From Candidatus Dojkabacteria bacterium (GTDB lineage: Bacteria; Patescibacteriota; Dojkabacteria; SC72; JAFGCJ01), in contig JAFGCJ010000001.1 of the NCBI GenBank assembly GCA_016932785.1, positions 10,909-74,908 of the forward strand: a stretch of DNA of 64,000 bases, in the 5' to 3' direction. A program made the position numbers and the translations under genes. Below the pieces are notes generated by a model. The model searched no databases and had not been told where the DNA came from. It saw only the letters and a program-made list of their open reading frames with translations. Shown piece after piece: positions 46,801 to 55,299 of the stretch; position 1 is the first letter of the stretch, and every line of letters begins with the position of its first letter.

Positions 46801-47544
46801 CAATGGTCATCTATCTACCGTAATCCTATAAATCAAAACATGATGTGGTATTGGTATGGTGAAAACGATGTAGCGGTCCCTGCTTATTTAAATCTCTCGT
46901 ATGATAATGATGAGAGAAAATGGGTTGAAGAAGTGTTTGCTGACGGTGAGCTGGTGGGCGACAGATTGTTTTTCAAGACGAATCGCAAAGCCAAAAATCT
47001 TAGTTCAACAATGGAAACCACGGGTTTTGATACTCTGACTGAGAATATTCTCAAGGATATGGTGGTGCAGTCTGTACCGGATGGATGGGTTGATTATGTA
47101 TTTTCTGTAGACGGCACTAGCGAATATGGCGAGTGTGAGGCTGAGTCAATATCTGATTCCCCCTACTCTGCTGTGTACGCAGCTAAGGATGTCGATCCAG
47201 CCAAAGTTTTAAGTATTCCTCAGGCAACATCTGAGGGCTGGACGGCTTATGCTGTTGAGAATGCTGACGTAATGAGGTGGCTTCCGGAGCAGATAAGAAG
47301 CTTTGTTTTTGTTGTTATTGGCAGCAAACTTCCGGACTCTTCGGATGTTACTCTTAGGGGTTGGAAACAGGGCTGGATTGTCCCCTCCTCTGAGATAGAG
47401 AATGGGAATAAGGATGTTGTTGTGATTTATAAACCGAATCTTTATGCCTACGCAGGAGGTCTGACTTCTCTAGTGGTTCTGGTTGGACTGTGTGTTGCTA
47501 TTTATATTTATAAAAAGAAAACTGTTGGAAAATCAGCAAAGTAA
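43864..47544 (+). CDS. 1226-aa polytopic membrane protein, GT-C-like glycosyltransferase candidate (AftD/DUF3367-like architecture), with a large extracytoplasmic C-terminal region and a C-terminal TM anchor
   Basis: More than 10 N-terminal TM segments, then an ~800-aa soluble region, then a final TM segment (LTSLVVLVGLCVAIYIY). It sits next to a methyltransferase and a GT2. The family assignment rests on architecture only. GTG start. Confidence 0.45.
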   Translation: MSKKPAFITFLKNNWQKIFLLLILLAAIGLNINWGKFCISNDNYSPELEPSVTIGRSLISPAWRGYRALGVPSDSEQSDLFRSGMYYAWHILLPKWALGQLYAFFCLALGALFFGKLAEKITKDYGDEKIAKHVYLLAGVVYLTTLWTAWVYSYDIMVYITQFGFLPFLLLACYNFIKKSDVVNALVLMLAGFLISASSLIATVFIVQLGVVCIFALFWSFVSTRKIYLFVTKAFLTIIVFVSTQLFWLVPFFHYVSSTQSDVVESYTNRSITASTIELEKASMDGWDSARLYTRLLEVPDSNYGDEKMFAPSDDYREIEFLNVISYLPLFFSVVGLIFVLFKKKFGLLFFWVLAIAAWFLIKNLNPPFGEFYAWLQDNFAIFRQIFRWPTSKFGGIYLIGFAFTASIGAAYLFEFMSSFFKKGANLIFSVLVAITIGLQLVFGAFVFDGNLVPDRAWADIPESYYELRDYLVANNPDKRLYIMPPSNTGYFREYDWNFIGSGFLHYIVPNPIADLAMALGSDESEKAMDELTLDYFADPVDFRTRLENYDVGYVLVDRSLIKGRYGYEIDWDLVEPALGSMTKVWASGDLELYEVPQSSKERMYTELHPGHDMYLSDKDYYVKAEPEYGAIYPALVDLSGLEPEGGLLRGSFMYEGKDAVMSDNLDRMDISQLPTRVYVDESRVVVEPSLPSIGGVSSIVPYMEYPLSNKYENLVVGDQVIAISSIIGDEISVDTSYGDISAVYGLKDADFTGKDYRRNLKDADPVDCSGEDLKDIAEVEFEDYELTLTAHDGIGCVAAQLPKKTGTSVAKVQIGWSADEGTLVGFCLWSEKRETCLNNDKFLYSNEGENYVEMILPSVVDPNEAMSVILYVFAKDSNTHSAVFDRVEVLQNEKLDALLLLDKSNAFGSVSLYVENGQNIDVEIPVVRGRSSYRLGSVDGFIWEPVYESGDEELNLTGCEYWSDPLGMHQKTYECSLTQWSSIYRNPINQNMMWYWYGENDVAVPAYLNLSYDNDERKWVEEVFADGELVGDRLFFKTNRKAKNLSSTMETTGFDTLTENILKDMVVQSVPDGWVDYVFSVDGTSEYGECEAESISDSPYSAVYAAKDVDPAKVLSIPQATSEGWTAYAVENADVMRWLPEQIRSFVFVVIGSKLPDSSDVTLRGWKQGWIVPSSEIENGNKDVVVIYKPNLYAYAGGLTSLVVLVGLCVAIYIYKKKTVGKSAK

Positions 47545-48382
47545 ACAAGACCATAGTAGCCCTTTGGTGTCTGTTATTATGCCTGTGCATAATGGAGAGA
47601 AATACCTTAAGGAAGCGATCGAGAGTGTGCTATGTCAGACATACGCCAAGCTTGAGCTTATTGTAGTCGATGACGGCAGTGACGATGATACTCCTGCGGT
47701 TCTGGCTGAATTTGCAGAACGAGATGACCGAATTAAGGTAAAAATTGTTGAGAGACAAGGCCAGCTTGGAAAAGTTCTGAACATTGGAATTCGGATGAGC
47801 TCTGGTAAATATATTGCCCGTATGGATCATGACGATGTTATGTTACCAGGGAGACTTGAGAGACAGGTGAAATTTATGGAGGAGAATCCTGATGTAGTTG
47901 CGGTTGGAGGACAGGTCGAGCTGATTGATTCCGACGGTGTTGCTACCGGAATCCGAAATTATGCTCTTGACGATGGAATGTTGAAGAAGAATATGTTTCT
48001 GTACAGCCCTTTCGCCCACCCTGCTGTTATACTTCGGAAAGATGTTCTGGAATCGGTTGGCCTATACCCTGAAGATGTAAAACGTGTTGAAGATATTAAA
48101 TTATGGTTCATTATTGGGAAGAAAGGGAAATTTGCGAACGTTCCTGAGGTTGTACTGAGATACAGGGTTGTTGAGGGGTCATGGTCGTTGGAGAATATTG
48201 TTGATCAGTTCAGACGCGTAGATGAGGTTCGGAAATGGGCTGTTAGTGAATTGAGTTATGAAGTTGGATTTTGGGTGAGGTTTTGGTGGTGGCTTCAGAG
48301 GGCTGGGATTAGGGTAATTGGTTTGTTACCGGCTAAGGTAGGTATGACTTTGTTTGAGGTATTTAGGAGATTTGTGAGGTAG
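47525..48382 (+). CDS. Family 2 glycosyltransferase
   Basis: VSVIMPVHNGEKYLKEAIESVLCQTY..LELIVVDDGSDDDT, ARMDHDD. The start is uncertain (the TTG at 47525 is proposed). The tracked ORF overlaps the upstream gene. Confidence 0.8.
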   Translation: MENQQSKQDHSSPLVSVIMPVHNGEKYLKEAIESVLCQTYAKLELIVVDDGSDDDTPAVLAEFAERDDRIKVKIVERQGQLGKVLNIGIRMSSGKYIARMDHDDVMLPGRLERQVKFMEENPDVVAVGGQVELIDSDGVATGIRNYALDDGMLKKNMFLYSPFAHPAVILRKDVLESVGLYPEDVKRVEDIKLWFIIGKKGKFANVPEVVLRYRVVEGSWSLENIVDQFRRVDEVRKWAVSELSYEVGFWVRFWWWLQRAGIRVIGLLPAKVGMTLFEVFRRFVR

Positions 48383-48433
48383 AATTTCGTCCTTAAGGAC
48401 TCGTCAGTAGAGCAAATTAAGCTCTAGATTCTC

Positions 48434-49312
48434 TAGGCATAGGACTGTGTTAGGTTGTATTTTCCGGGTCCACCGGCGGTGGGCCTAGAGAATCTTGAAA
48501 CTGGTGGTTGGAGGGTGTTACTCGGTCGGGCAGATGCCGTCTTTGTACTCGTTGGGCACCCAGATGGTGCAGTCTGATTCTGTGACGGCACCGAACCCGA
48601 TTACTGCGAATCCCGAGGATGCTTGGGTATGGCGGGCGACCCTAGTGTACGTTTTGCCGTATGGTAGGCGCTCGCCGTTGTATCCCCCGTCATTCCAGAA
48701 CACATCGTATCCGTTGAGGGGAGTTATGAGGCAAACGATCTCTTCGTCGGGGTCCTGCAGCAGTTCCTTGATAACCAGAGGATGCTCCCAGCGGGAACCT
48801 ATAAAGATGTACATGGGTTCAGAAACTGATCCCATGTTCCAGGGTTCCCCGTTGTGGAAGATCTGGAGTGAGAACTGTGCATCTCCGTCCCCCGTCTCGC
48901 GTTCGTCCTCTTGCCCGGCGCAACTTTCGCACTGAGGGATACCATCCCCCAGGGTACAGTTGCACGCAGGGCTCCCACTGTCTCCGCCCTGGCACCGGCC
49001 GCCGCAGCGGTCGGGATTTCCTGTTCCGTCACAGCATACGGCCGGGACGTAGCCCAGCACGGCTGCAATCTCGTCAAAGTTCGTGACGACGAGAAGAATC
49101 AGGAGAAGTGCGGCAAGAATTGCCAATACCCATGTATACCATTTCATTTTGCTTCCTCCTTGCCCATTTAGGGCATGTTTTTGTTTTATCCGTTTTTCGC
49201 CTCCGAACCACCACACAAACATCAATTACTTGATATCTCTGTGGTGGCCGGAGAAACCGGATTAAAGGAGGAAAACCACTTGTTTCTCTAACACTTTTTA
49301 GTCCTATGCCTA
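48434..49312. mobile_element. ~880-bp G+C-rich cassette bounded by imperfect inverted repeats
   Basis: Left repeat taggcataggactgtgttag (48434-48453). The reverse complement of 49288-49312 reads taggcataggact-aaaaa-gtgttag, giving 13+7 matching bases with a 5-A insertion. Hand counts give 44/60 G+C at 48961-49020 and 16/60 at 49381-49440. Confidence 0.4.
48518..49147 (-). CDS. Cys-rich secreted or membrane-anchored protein of unknown function (210 aa)
   Basis: ATG at 49147 preceded by AAGGAGGA with a 7-nt spacing. N-terminal hydrophobic segment WVLAILAALLLILLVVTNF. Cys-rich stretch CCDGTGNPDRCGGRCQGGDSGSPACNCTLGDGIPQCESCAG. Several overlapping ORFs exist in other frames because of the high G+C. 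Confidence 0.6.
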   Translation of the reverse strand: MKWYTWVLAILAALLLILLVVTNFDEIAAVLGYVPAVCCDGTGNPDRCGGRCQGGDSGSPACNCTLGDGIPQCESCAGQEDERETGDGDAQFSLQIFHNGEPWNMGSVSEPMYIFIGSRWEHPLVIKELLQDPDEEIVCLITPLNGYDVFWNDGGYNGERLPYGKTYTRVARHTQASSGFAVIGFGAVTESDCTIWVPNEYKDGICPTE

Positions 49313-49341
49313 TTTACTGCAACTAAAACGGTAACACCGAT

Positions 49342-49358
49342 AACTATAAGTTAGCGGG
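49342..49358 (+). promoter_or_regulatory. Conserved 17-mer AACTATAAGTTAGCGGG, copy 3 (orphan, with no downstream + strand ORF)
   Basis: Exact match to the copies at 12819 and 12953. A variant, ACTATAGGATAGCGGG, lies at about 49471-49486. Confidence 0.45.
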
Positions 49359-49505
49359 ATCAACCAAAGTTACAGTCTTTTAAAGATCCGAGTTCTAAGA
49401 ATTAATCTAAAGAACTCACAAAAATTCGATAATGAACTTTTGTGAACTCTCTACTTATATTATACTATAGGATAGCGGGTAAATCAAGAACCTAAAAGAG
49501 CGATT

Positions 49506-50282
49506 CTACTTAATTGACGGCAAAAGTTTAACCTTCGAAATAGCCTTGTAAAGGTATTTCACTCTCCTACCCCATGCCTTGGAATATATAATTAGGATAT
49601 CTCGTAGAATGAGCATCATCTGCTTTATATTAGTAATAGTGCTGCCACTTTTAATTTGTGCGAAGAATGGAACGACGGCCACCCTATAGCCTAGTACTTT
49701 CAAAGAATAAAGAATTTCTATATCTGTTGCGAATCTATCGATCTTAAGCATAGGAAGCATTTCTTCAACAACTTCTTTTCGAAAAAGTTTCAAGCCGCAC
49801 AACACATCGTTGACTCCAGCTGGAAGGTCGAGTACTGTCTTGGTAATCAAGACAAGCCCGAGTGTGAAGATTTTTCTGTAGAGAGGAACGTTTACTTTTG
49901 ATTTAGGATGCAGCTTGGATGGGATGACGGCCTTGGTGTCGTTGTCCCCCATTTTCTCCAATGCGACGTCCAGTGATTTCAATTTGATGTCGGTGTCAGC
50001 ATCTGTGAATCCTATGATTTCTCCTTTAGCTCTCTTCATGCCATATCTGATTGCGTATCCCTTACCTCTGTTAGTCTTGTAGTCGTAAATTCGTATTTTA
50101 TTCAGTCCCTGACTGTCAACGAGATCTTTAACGACTTCAAGAGTATTATCCACATGGCCATCGACAACTACTAGCAATTCGAAATCAGGCTCTCTCTTTT
50201 CTAGAAAATTATAGATTCGAGTGAGCTGAGTACCAATGACCTTTTCTTTTTTGTATGCTGGAATGATTAACGAAAGTTTCAT
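49506..50282 (-). CDS. Family 2 glycosyltransferase (dolichyl/polyprenyl-phosphate glycosyltransferase-like)
   Basis: KLSLIIPAYKKEKVIG, LLVVVDGHVDNT, GFTDADTD. Confidence 0.8.
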   Translation of the reverse strand: MKLSLIIPAYKKEKVIGTQLTRIYNFLEKREPDFELLVVVDGHVDNTLEVVKDLVDSQGLNKIRIYDYKTNRGKGYAIRYGMKRAKGEIIGFTDADTDIKLKSLDVALEKMGDNDTKAVIPSKLHPKSKVNVPLYRKIFTLGLVLITKTVLDLPAGVNDVLCGLKLFRKEVVEEMLPMLKIDRFATDIEILYSLKVLGYRVAVVPFFAQIKSGSTITNIKQMMLILRDILIIYSKAWGRRVKYLYKAISKVKLLPSIK

Positions 50283-50303
50283 CTAGAGCAGTACAAAACT
50301 GAT

Positions 50304-50558
50304 TTATTGGGCGAGTTTTGATCTGATAGCCTTGACTGTTGCAAGGATTGCAGTACCGACTGCAAATGCGATACCGGAGAAGACGTAAAAGGAACTGGTT
50401 ATAAGACCAGTTTCCTCAGGTTCGTGTCCATTGTATGGGTTATCCGATCCTCCTGCAGCTAAAGCTTCGAAGGCATACTTGACTCCGAGAATAGCCATAC
50501 AGGTTATGACTGATACTGCAAAGCCTATTGTTTTGTAGAGTAGTCTTTTTATCTTCAT
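50304..50558 (-). CDS. 84-aa protein with an N-terminal signal/anchor and a C-terminal sorting-signal-like tripartite tail
   Basis: The sequence is MKIKRLLYKTIGFAVSVITCMAILGV...AFEALAAGGSDNPYNGHEPEETG, then the hydrophobic stretch LITSSFYVFSGIAFAVGTAILATV, then KAIRSK. The gene lies directly downstream of a sortase gene. Confidence 0.5.
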   Translation of the reverse strand: MKIKRLLYKTIGFAVSVITCMAILGVKYAFEALAAGGSDNPYNGHEPEETGLITSSFYVFSGIAFAVGTAILATVKAIRSKLAQ

Positions 50559-50673
50559 AAAAATATAGACAGTAAGATAAATGTTGATAAGTGATTATAA
50601 CAAAAATTGAGCCTGAAAGTCAAACACTATAGGACCTTATGGTTGGCATAAAAAGAGTGAGTTTATAGGGTTA

Positions 50674-51351
50674 TCAGTTTACCCGTTTTGCATATCTGAA
50701 AACTCGTACGGGAGAGTTAAAAAGTTTGCATGTATAGAGGATTAAATCGGCATTATAATCCTTAATCTGCGTGTTTTCTTCAGCCTTGTAGATCTCGTAT
50801 TTGTACTTTCTCTGTTTCCAGATTATCTCTACTTTGTCACCTACCTTGGTTTTAGGAAGGTAATAAAACGAGTCTTTCTTCCTAAAATCCCAGCTCCAGG
50901 TAATATATCCGAACCTATGTGCAGCCAGAATTATTGGGACTTTGTCCTCTGGAGTACCGTAATCGTTTACACGCCAGATACCTTTTTCGAGAGTCTTCTC
51001 AGCGTTTGTTCCTTCATGGATTTCTCCGTTTACGCCGATATTTGGAATTATCAGTGTGTTTTTCTTTGTTAGTGACTTATCCAGTTCTGGTAGTTTGACC
51101 TTGTCCTCGTTTGCGTAGTTCTCCTCGTATTTTTTTATAATATCTTCAAAAGAGATCTCCGGGTCTGCTCTAGGCTGTACTGGACCCACAAGAGAATCGA
51201 TCTCCTGGTCAGTTGCGCCTTTGTTAACAAGGTACCACAAGTAAGGTAGCGAAGGTGTAAGCAGAAATACAAGAGACAGAGCAATCAGAGCGAATCCGAT
51301 TAGAGTATAAATGTTTAGAATTTTGTTCAGCAGCTTTGATTTTTTAGTCAT
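50674..51351 (-). CDS. Sortase-family transpeptidase with an N-terminal membrane anchor
   Basis: TM segment IYTLIGFALIALSLVFLL. Catalytic pattern ILAAHRFGY ... LILYTCK ... VRVFRY. Confidence 0.8.
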   Translation of the reverse strand: MTKKSKLLNKILNIYTLIGFALIALSLVFLLTPSLPYLWYLVNKGATDQEIDSLVGPVQPRADPEISFEDIIKKYEENYANEDKVKLPELDKSLTKKNTLIIPNIGVNGEIHEGTNAEKTLEKGIWRVNDYGTPEDKVPIILAAHRFGYITWSWDFRKKDSFYYLPKTKVGDKVEIIWKQRKYKYEIYKAEENTQIKDYNADLILYTCKLFNSPVRVFRYAKRVN

Positions 51352-51385
51352 TGAGGTTGATTAAGTATTTCCAATAAATGATAAC

Positions 51386-52357
51386 CTAATTCTTTGTTCT
51401 AAGCCACAGCTCTAGAATCATTCCGCTGGCGTGCCACTCTGAAGCGTTATCTTTCCCGATGTACCGGTAGTGCCAGGGCTCGTAGCTGAATCCTGTCTCT
51501 TGTTCCCATCCTGATGGGAAAGATAAAACAAATCCGTATTTCCAAGAATGTTGTGCAAGCCACTGCCCGGCTGAAGTGTTTCCAAACTGTTGTCCGAGCT
51601 GATCACTTATTTCGTTTGATGTGAAATCTACAGCTGTTCCCAGTTGATGCTGGCTGTGTCCCGGACGGGCTGAGATAGTGTCCGCTGCTGCGGTATCTCC
51701 TCCGTTGTATGCTACCCAGTAATCGTATGTTGCCTGCTGTGTTGAATAGCTTCGATAAGCTGAAAGTGCTGCTACATCTATTCCTGCTGACTTCATGGTA
51801 TCGGCCATGTTTTTTAGGTCTGAGATCATGATATTTCTGACATATAAGCCGGATTTAGTTGTTCTTATTCCAGAATTACTTATTGGGACAAGGTCTGAAG
51901 GAGCATAACTGGATGGAAGCTTGTATTGTTTATTTACAAGTACCAAAAGGTCATTCCCACTTCTTGTACAAGAAAGTATTGTTGAGGGGTATCCGCCGGT
52001 TGAAGTAGTGTTGCCAGTCGAGCTTCCGGAAGATGATTCGTCTGTCTGTCTTTTGTCGTCAATTTCTTTGAGGATGTTTTCCAGAGTCTCTGATTTGAAG
52101 ACCTTTTCGGCAATGTCAGAAGGTGAAGTTGTATCTGAGTTGTTGTCAGTATCTGGAAATATTGCTGATGTGTCGATCTTGCTATAATTGTAACCAAGCT
52201 TGTTGTAATCACTTAAAACGATTAATACTCCTGTTGCGATAATCAGGAGATATATGATTGCAGATGCAAGAAAAACGACCAATATAGATCTAATCTTTAC
52301 CTTTGTCGTCTTTCTTGGTAGTTGATTTGTCTTTTGCTTCTTTGTCATCTTCGCCAT
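51386..52357 (-). CDS. M15B (VanY-like) D-alanyl-D-alanine carboxypeptidase
   Basis: [34 protein letters not shown], and an N-terminal TM anchor. The start overlaps the gyrA 3' end by 68 nt. Confidence 0.8.
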   Translation of the reverse strand: MAKMTKKQKTNQLPRKTTKVKIRSILVVFLASAIIYLLIIATGVLIVLSDYNKLGYNYSKIDTSAIFPDTDNNSDTTSPSDIAEKVFKSETLENILKEIDDKRQTDESSSGSSTGNTTSTGGYPSTILSCTRSGNDLLVLVNKQYKLPSSYAPSDLVPISNSGIRTTKSGLYVRNIMISDLKNMADTMKSAGIDVAALSAYRSYSTQQATYDYWVAYNGGDTAAADTISARPGHSQHQLGTAVDFTSNEISDQLGQQFGNTSAGQWLAQHSWKYGFVLSFPSGWEQETGFSYEPWHYRYIGKDNASEWHASGMILELWLRTKN

Positions 52358-55163
52358 AAACTAGGGCCATTGCTCCAACAGAATCTCCGGTATTGAGTTT
52401 CATTACTCGCACTCCTGATGTCTGTCTGCCAAGCTTGGCTATCTGCCCGATTTCAGAGCGTATGACCTGGCCGTGTTTTGATATGAGAACCAGTTCTCTA
52501 TCTGGCGTATCGAGGATTCTTGCGACAACAAGTTCTCCTGTCTTTTCGTTGACTCTGAAGGTGAAAACACCTTGTCCTGATCTGCCCTGAAGCGGGTAGT
52601 TCTTAAGCTCAGTTCTTTTGCCGTAACCTTTTTCAGAGATTGTAAGAAGCATGTGTTCATCGGCTCTTACAATATCCATGGCAATAACTTCGTCATTCTC
52701 ACTTCTAAACTTTATTCCCCTAACACCCATGGTATTTCTTCCGGTCGGGCGTACGTCCTCTTCCTTAAACTTTATGCTTCTTCCATTCTTTGTTACGAGG
52801 ATAATGATGTCGTCACCCTTCGAAGGTTTGACCCATTTCAGCTCATCTCCGCTCTCGAGTTTAATTGCTATGAGACCGCTTGTTCTTATTTTGTCAAATT
52901 CAGATATATCAGTCTTCTTTACGGTGCCGTTTTTTGTCGCCATGAAGAGGTACTGATACTTGTTAGCAGGCAATAGTTCGTTCTGCTCGGCCTGTCCCTC
53001 CTGGGTCTGATCTTCGTCGACAATACCCTCTTTGCTACGTGTCAGGATAGCTGTAATTCTTTCATCCTGCTCAAGCTGTATAAGATTTACTGCAGGAATT
53101 CCTTTTGCGGTACGACTAAATTCGGGTATTTCAAATACTCTTGTCTGGAATGCTCTACCCTTATTCGTGAAGAATACTATGTGATCATGGGTATTGCACA
53201 TAATGGCGTGCTCAATGAAATCACCTTCTTTTGTAGTTGCACCAATAATGCCTTTACCTCCGCGTTTTTGTACTTTATAGTTTGAAGGTGCCATCCTTTT
53301 GATATAGCCACCGTGACTTAGTGTAACAAGTGTTTCTTCGGCCGCAACAAGGTCCTCTTCCTCTATTTCGTCGACTTTTCCTTTATATATCTTGGTTCTT
53401 CTTTCATCGGCGTACTTTTCTTTAAGTTCTTTGAGTTCATTCTGTACGACCTTGATGATCTTGGATGGTGCTCCGAGTAGGGCTTCGTAGTCGTCTATGG
53501 ACTTGAGTACATTTTTATATTCCTCTTCTATCTTCTGTCGTTCAAGAGCAGCGAGCCTGCGAAGCTGCATGTCAAGAATGGCTTGGGCCTGCACTTCTGT
53601 CAGTTCAAATTTTTTGATCAAATTGTCTTTTGCCTCTTCCTGAGTTTTGGAATTTCTAATGGTTTTTATGACCTCGTCAAGGTTGTCCAGTGCGATCTTT
53701 AGACCCTCCAAAATATGTGCCCTGTATTTGGCATTTGCCAGTTCAAACTCATTTCTTCTGATTATTACTTCGATTCGATGAGTGATAAAGTGTTCGAGTA
53801 TTTGTTTGAGATTAAGTGTTTGCGGTTGCCCGTCCACAAGCGCGATCATGTTCGCGTTGTAGGACTTTTGCATTTCTGTATATTTGTAGAGCTTGTTAAG
53901 AACGGTTTTGGGTTGTGAAGCCTTCTTAAGGTCGATAACAACCCTGATCCCTTCCCTGTTTGACTCGTCGCGTATATCTGAAATACCTTCAATTCTCTTG
54001 TTTTTTACAAGATCTGCGATCTTGGTAATCATGTGGGCCTTGTTTACCTGGTATGGTATTTCTGTGATTATTATTTGGAATTTTCCGCTTTTTGTTTCGG
54101 AAATTGAGGCCTTTGCTCTACATAAAATTCTTCCCCTACCATTGGCGTAGGCATTCATAATCTCACTTTGATCGTAAACAAGTCCTCCGGTTGGAAAGTC
54201 CGGTCCTGGAATTATTTCTATTAATTCCTCTACTGTTATATCTGTTTCGAATTGCGGATACAGGGTGACCGGTCCCTCTTTTTCTGGAATGTCCTCCTCC
54301 TGATTCTGCTGATTGAGGCTTAGTTTTTCCCTTAATTCGTCGAGTTTTTTCTCTAGTTTTTCGTTCTCCGGGTTTGAATATGAATCTAGATAGTGCTCTG
54401 GGGTTTCGGTAAGTGTTTTCGGAATCTTCTCTGTTTTCTCTCTGTCCTGACGCAGGGTATTGTAGATAGCAGTTCCTTCCCACTGGTTGCCCTTATTTAT
54501 CATTTCATCAATTGCGTCTATGATCTCTCCAAGATTATGAGGAGGTATCTTGGTCGCCATTCCTACAGCGATACCGTCTGCTCCGTTGCAGATGAGATTT
54601 GGGATTGCTGACGGAAGTACAGTAGGCTCAAGTCTTGTTCCATCATAATTTGGCGCATATATTACGGTTCCTTTATTAATATCATTAAGCATTTCATGAG
54701 TAATCTTTGTCATTCTTGCCTCTGTGTAACGCATAGCCGCAGGCGGATCACCGTCGATTGAACCAAAGTTTCCCTGGCCATCTACAAGCGTGTATCTCAT
54801 ATTGAAATCTTGAGCCATTTTCACCATTGTTGGGTAGACTATAGATTCACCATGCGGATGGTAGTTACCGGTAGTGTCTCCAGCTACCTTGGCTGATTTT
54901 CTGTATCCCGCCGAAGGCGTGAGACCTAGGTCATTCATTACGACCAGAATCCTTCTTTGTGAAGGCTTAAGGCCATCTCTGACATCTGGGAGTGCACGTG
55001 CAACAATAACGCTCATAGAATAATCTATGTAGCTATCTTTCATCTCTTCAACGATTGACCGTTCTACAATTTTACCCCCTTGAATTGCTGCCTCGTTAGT
55101 CTCTCTACCTGCTGTTCGAGCCTTTTGTGTCGGCTTTTCTGTTTTCTTTTCTTTCTTAGCCAT
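52290..55163 (-). CDS. gyrA: DNA gyrase subunit A
   Basis: [54 protein letters not shown]-terminal beta-pinwheel repeats and an acidic/basic tail. Confidence 0.95.
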   Translation of the reverse strand: MAKKEKKTEKPTQKARTAGRETNEAAIQGGKIVERSIVEEMKDSYIDYSMSVIVARALPDVRDGLKPSQRRILVVMNDLGLTPSAGYRKSAKVAGDTTGNYHPHGESIVYPTMVKMAQDFNMRYTLVDGQGNFGSIDGDPPAAMRYTEARMTKITHEMLNDINKGTVIYAPNYDGTRLEPTVLPSAIPNLICNGADGIAVGMATKIPPHNLGEIIDAIDEMINKGNQWEGTAIYNTLRQDREKTEKIPKTLTETPEHYLDSYSNPENEKLEKKLDELREKLSLNQQNQEEDIPEKEGPVTLYPQFETDITVEELIEIIPGPDFPTGGLVYDQSEIMNAYANGRGRILCRAKASISETKSGKFQIIITEIPYQVNKAHMITKIADLVKNKRIEGISDIRDESNREGIRVVIDLKKASQPKTVLNKLYKYTEMQKSYNANMIALVDGQPQTLNLKQILEHFITHRIEVIIRRNEFELANAKYRAHILEGLKIALDNLDEVIKTIRNSKTQEEAKDNLIKKFELTEVQAQAILDMQLRRLAALERQKIEEEYKNVLKSIDDYEALLGAPSKIIKVVQNELKELKEKYADERRTKIYKGKVDEIEEEDLVAAEETLVTLSHGGYIKRMAPSNYKVQKRGGKGIIGATTKEGDFIEHAIMCNTHDHIVFFTNKGRAFQTRVFEIPEFSRTAKGIPAVNLIQLEQDERITAILTRSKEGIVDEDQTQEGQAEQNELLPANKYQYLFMATKNGTVKKTDISEFDKIRTSGLIAIKLESGDELKWVKPSKGDDIIILVTKNGRSIKFKEEDVRPTGRNTMGVRGIKFRSENDEVIAMDIVRADEHMLLTISEKGYGKRTELKNYPLQGRSGQGVFTFRVNEKTGELVVARILDTPDRELVLISKHGQVIRSEIGQIAKLGRQTSGVRVMKLNTGDSVGAMALVYGEDDKEAKDKSTTKKDDKGKD

Positions 55164-55299
55164 AAGTGAATTTGGGTTTCTTTAATTCTTATAGTAGCAA
55201 AAGCCCCTGCGACGAGGGGACAAAATATAATAGCGCAAATTCGGTCGGATGTCTAAGGGGTCTAATGACTCGTCTGCTCAAATAGAGTTAACGTTATTT

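Noticed and set aside
48426-48495. 12-bp inverted repeat agattctctagg/cctagagaatct with an inner CCACCG-G-CGGTGG stem as a terminator between the GT2 gene and the Cys-rich ORF
   Set aside because: There is no U-tract following the stem on either strand. It overlaps the cassette's left terminal repeat, so it is more likely part of that element's end structure.
48495-49265. Alternative ORFs (48495-48935 +, 48799-49077 -, 48868-49086 +, 48911-49171 +, 49083-49265 +) in the G+C-rich cassette
   Set aside because: Only the frame starting at 49147 (-) has a strong SD, a signal-like hydrophobic N-terminus and a coherent Cys-rich domain. The others look like high-G+C shadow frames.
12953-49358. The 17-mer direct repeats as attL/attR of a 36-kb integrated element containing the integrase
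   Set aside because: The interval contains efp, lspA, yebC, ruvCAB, greA and other core genes with native-like composition. A third copy lies on the other side of the tRNA at the same spacing to a gene start. A promoter-type motif explains the pattern better.
55203-55220. Possible terminator hairpin (CCCCT-N6-AGGGG) after the 257-aa ORF
   Set aside because: The stem is only 5 bp and the trailing U-tract on the minus strand is only 3 nt. This is too weak to call.
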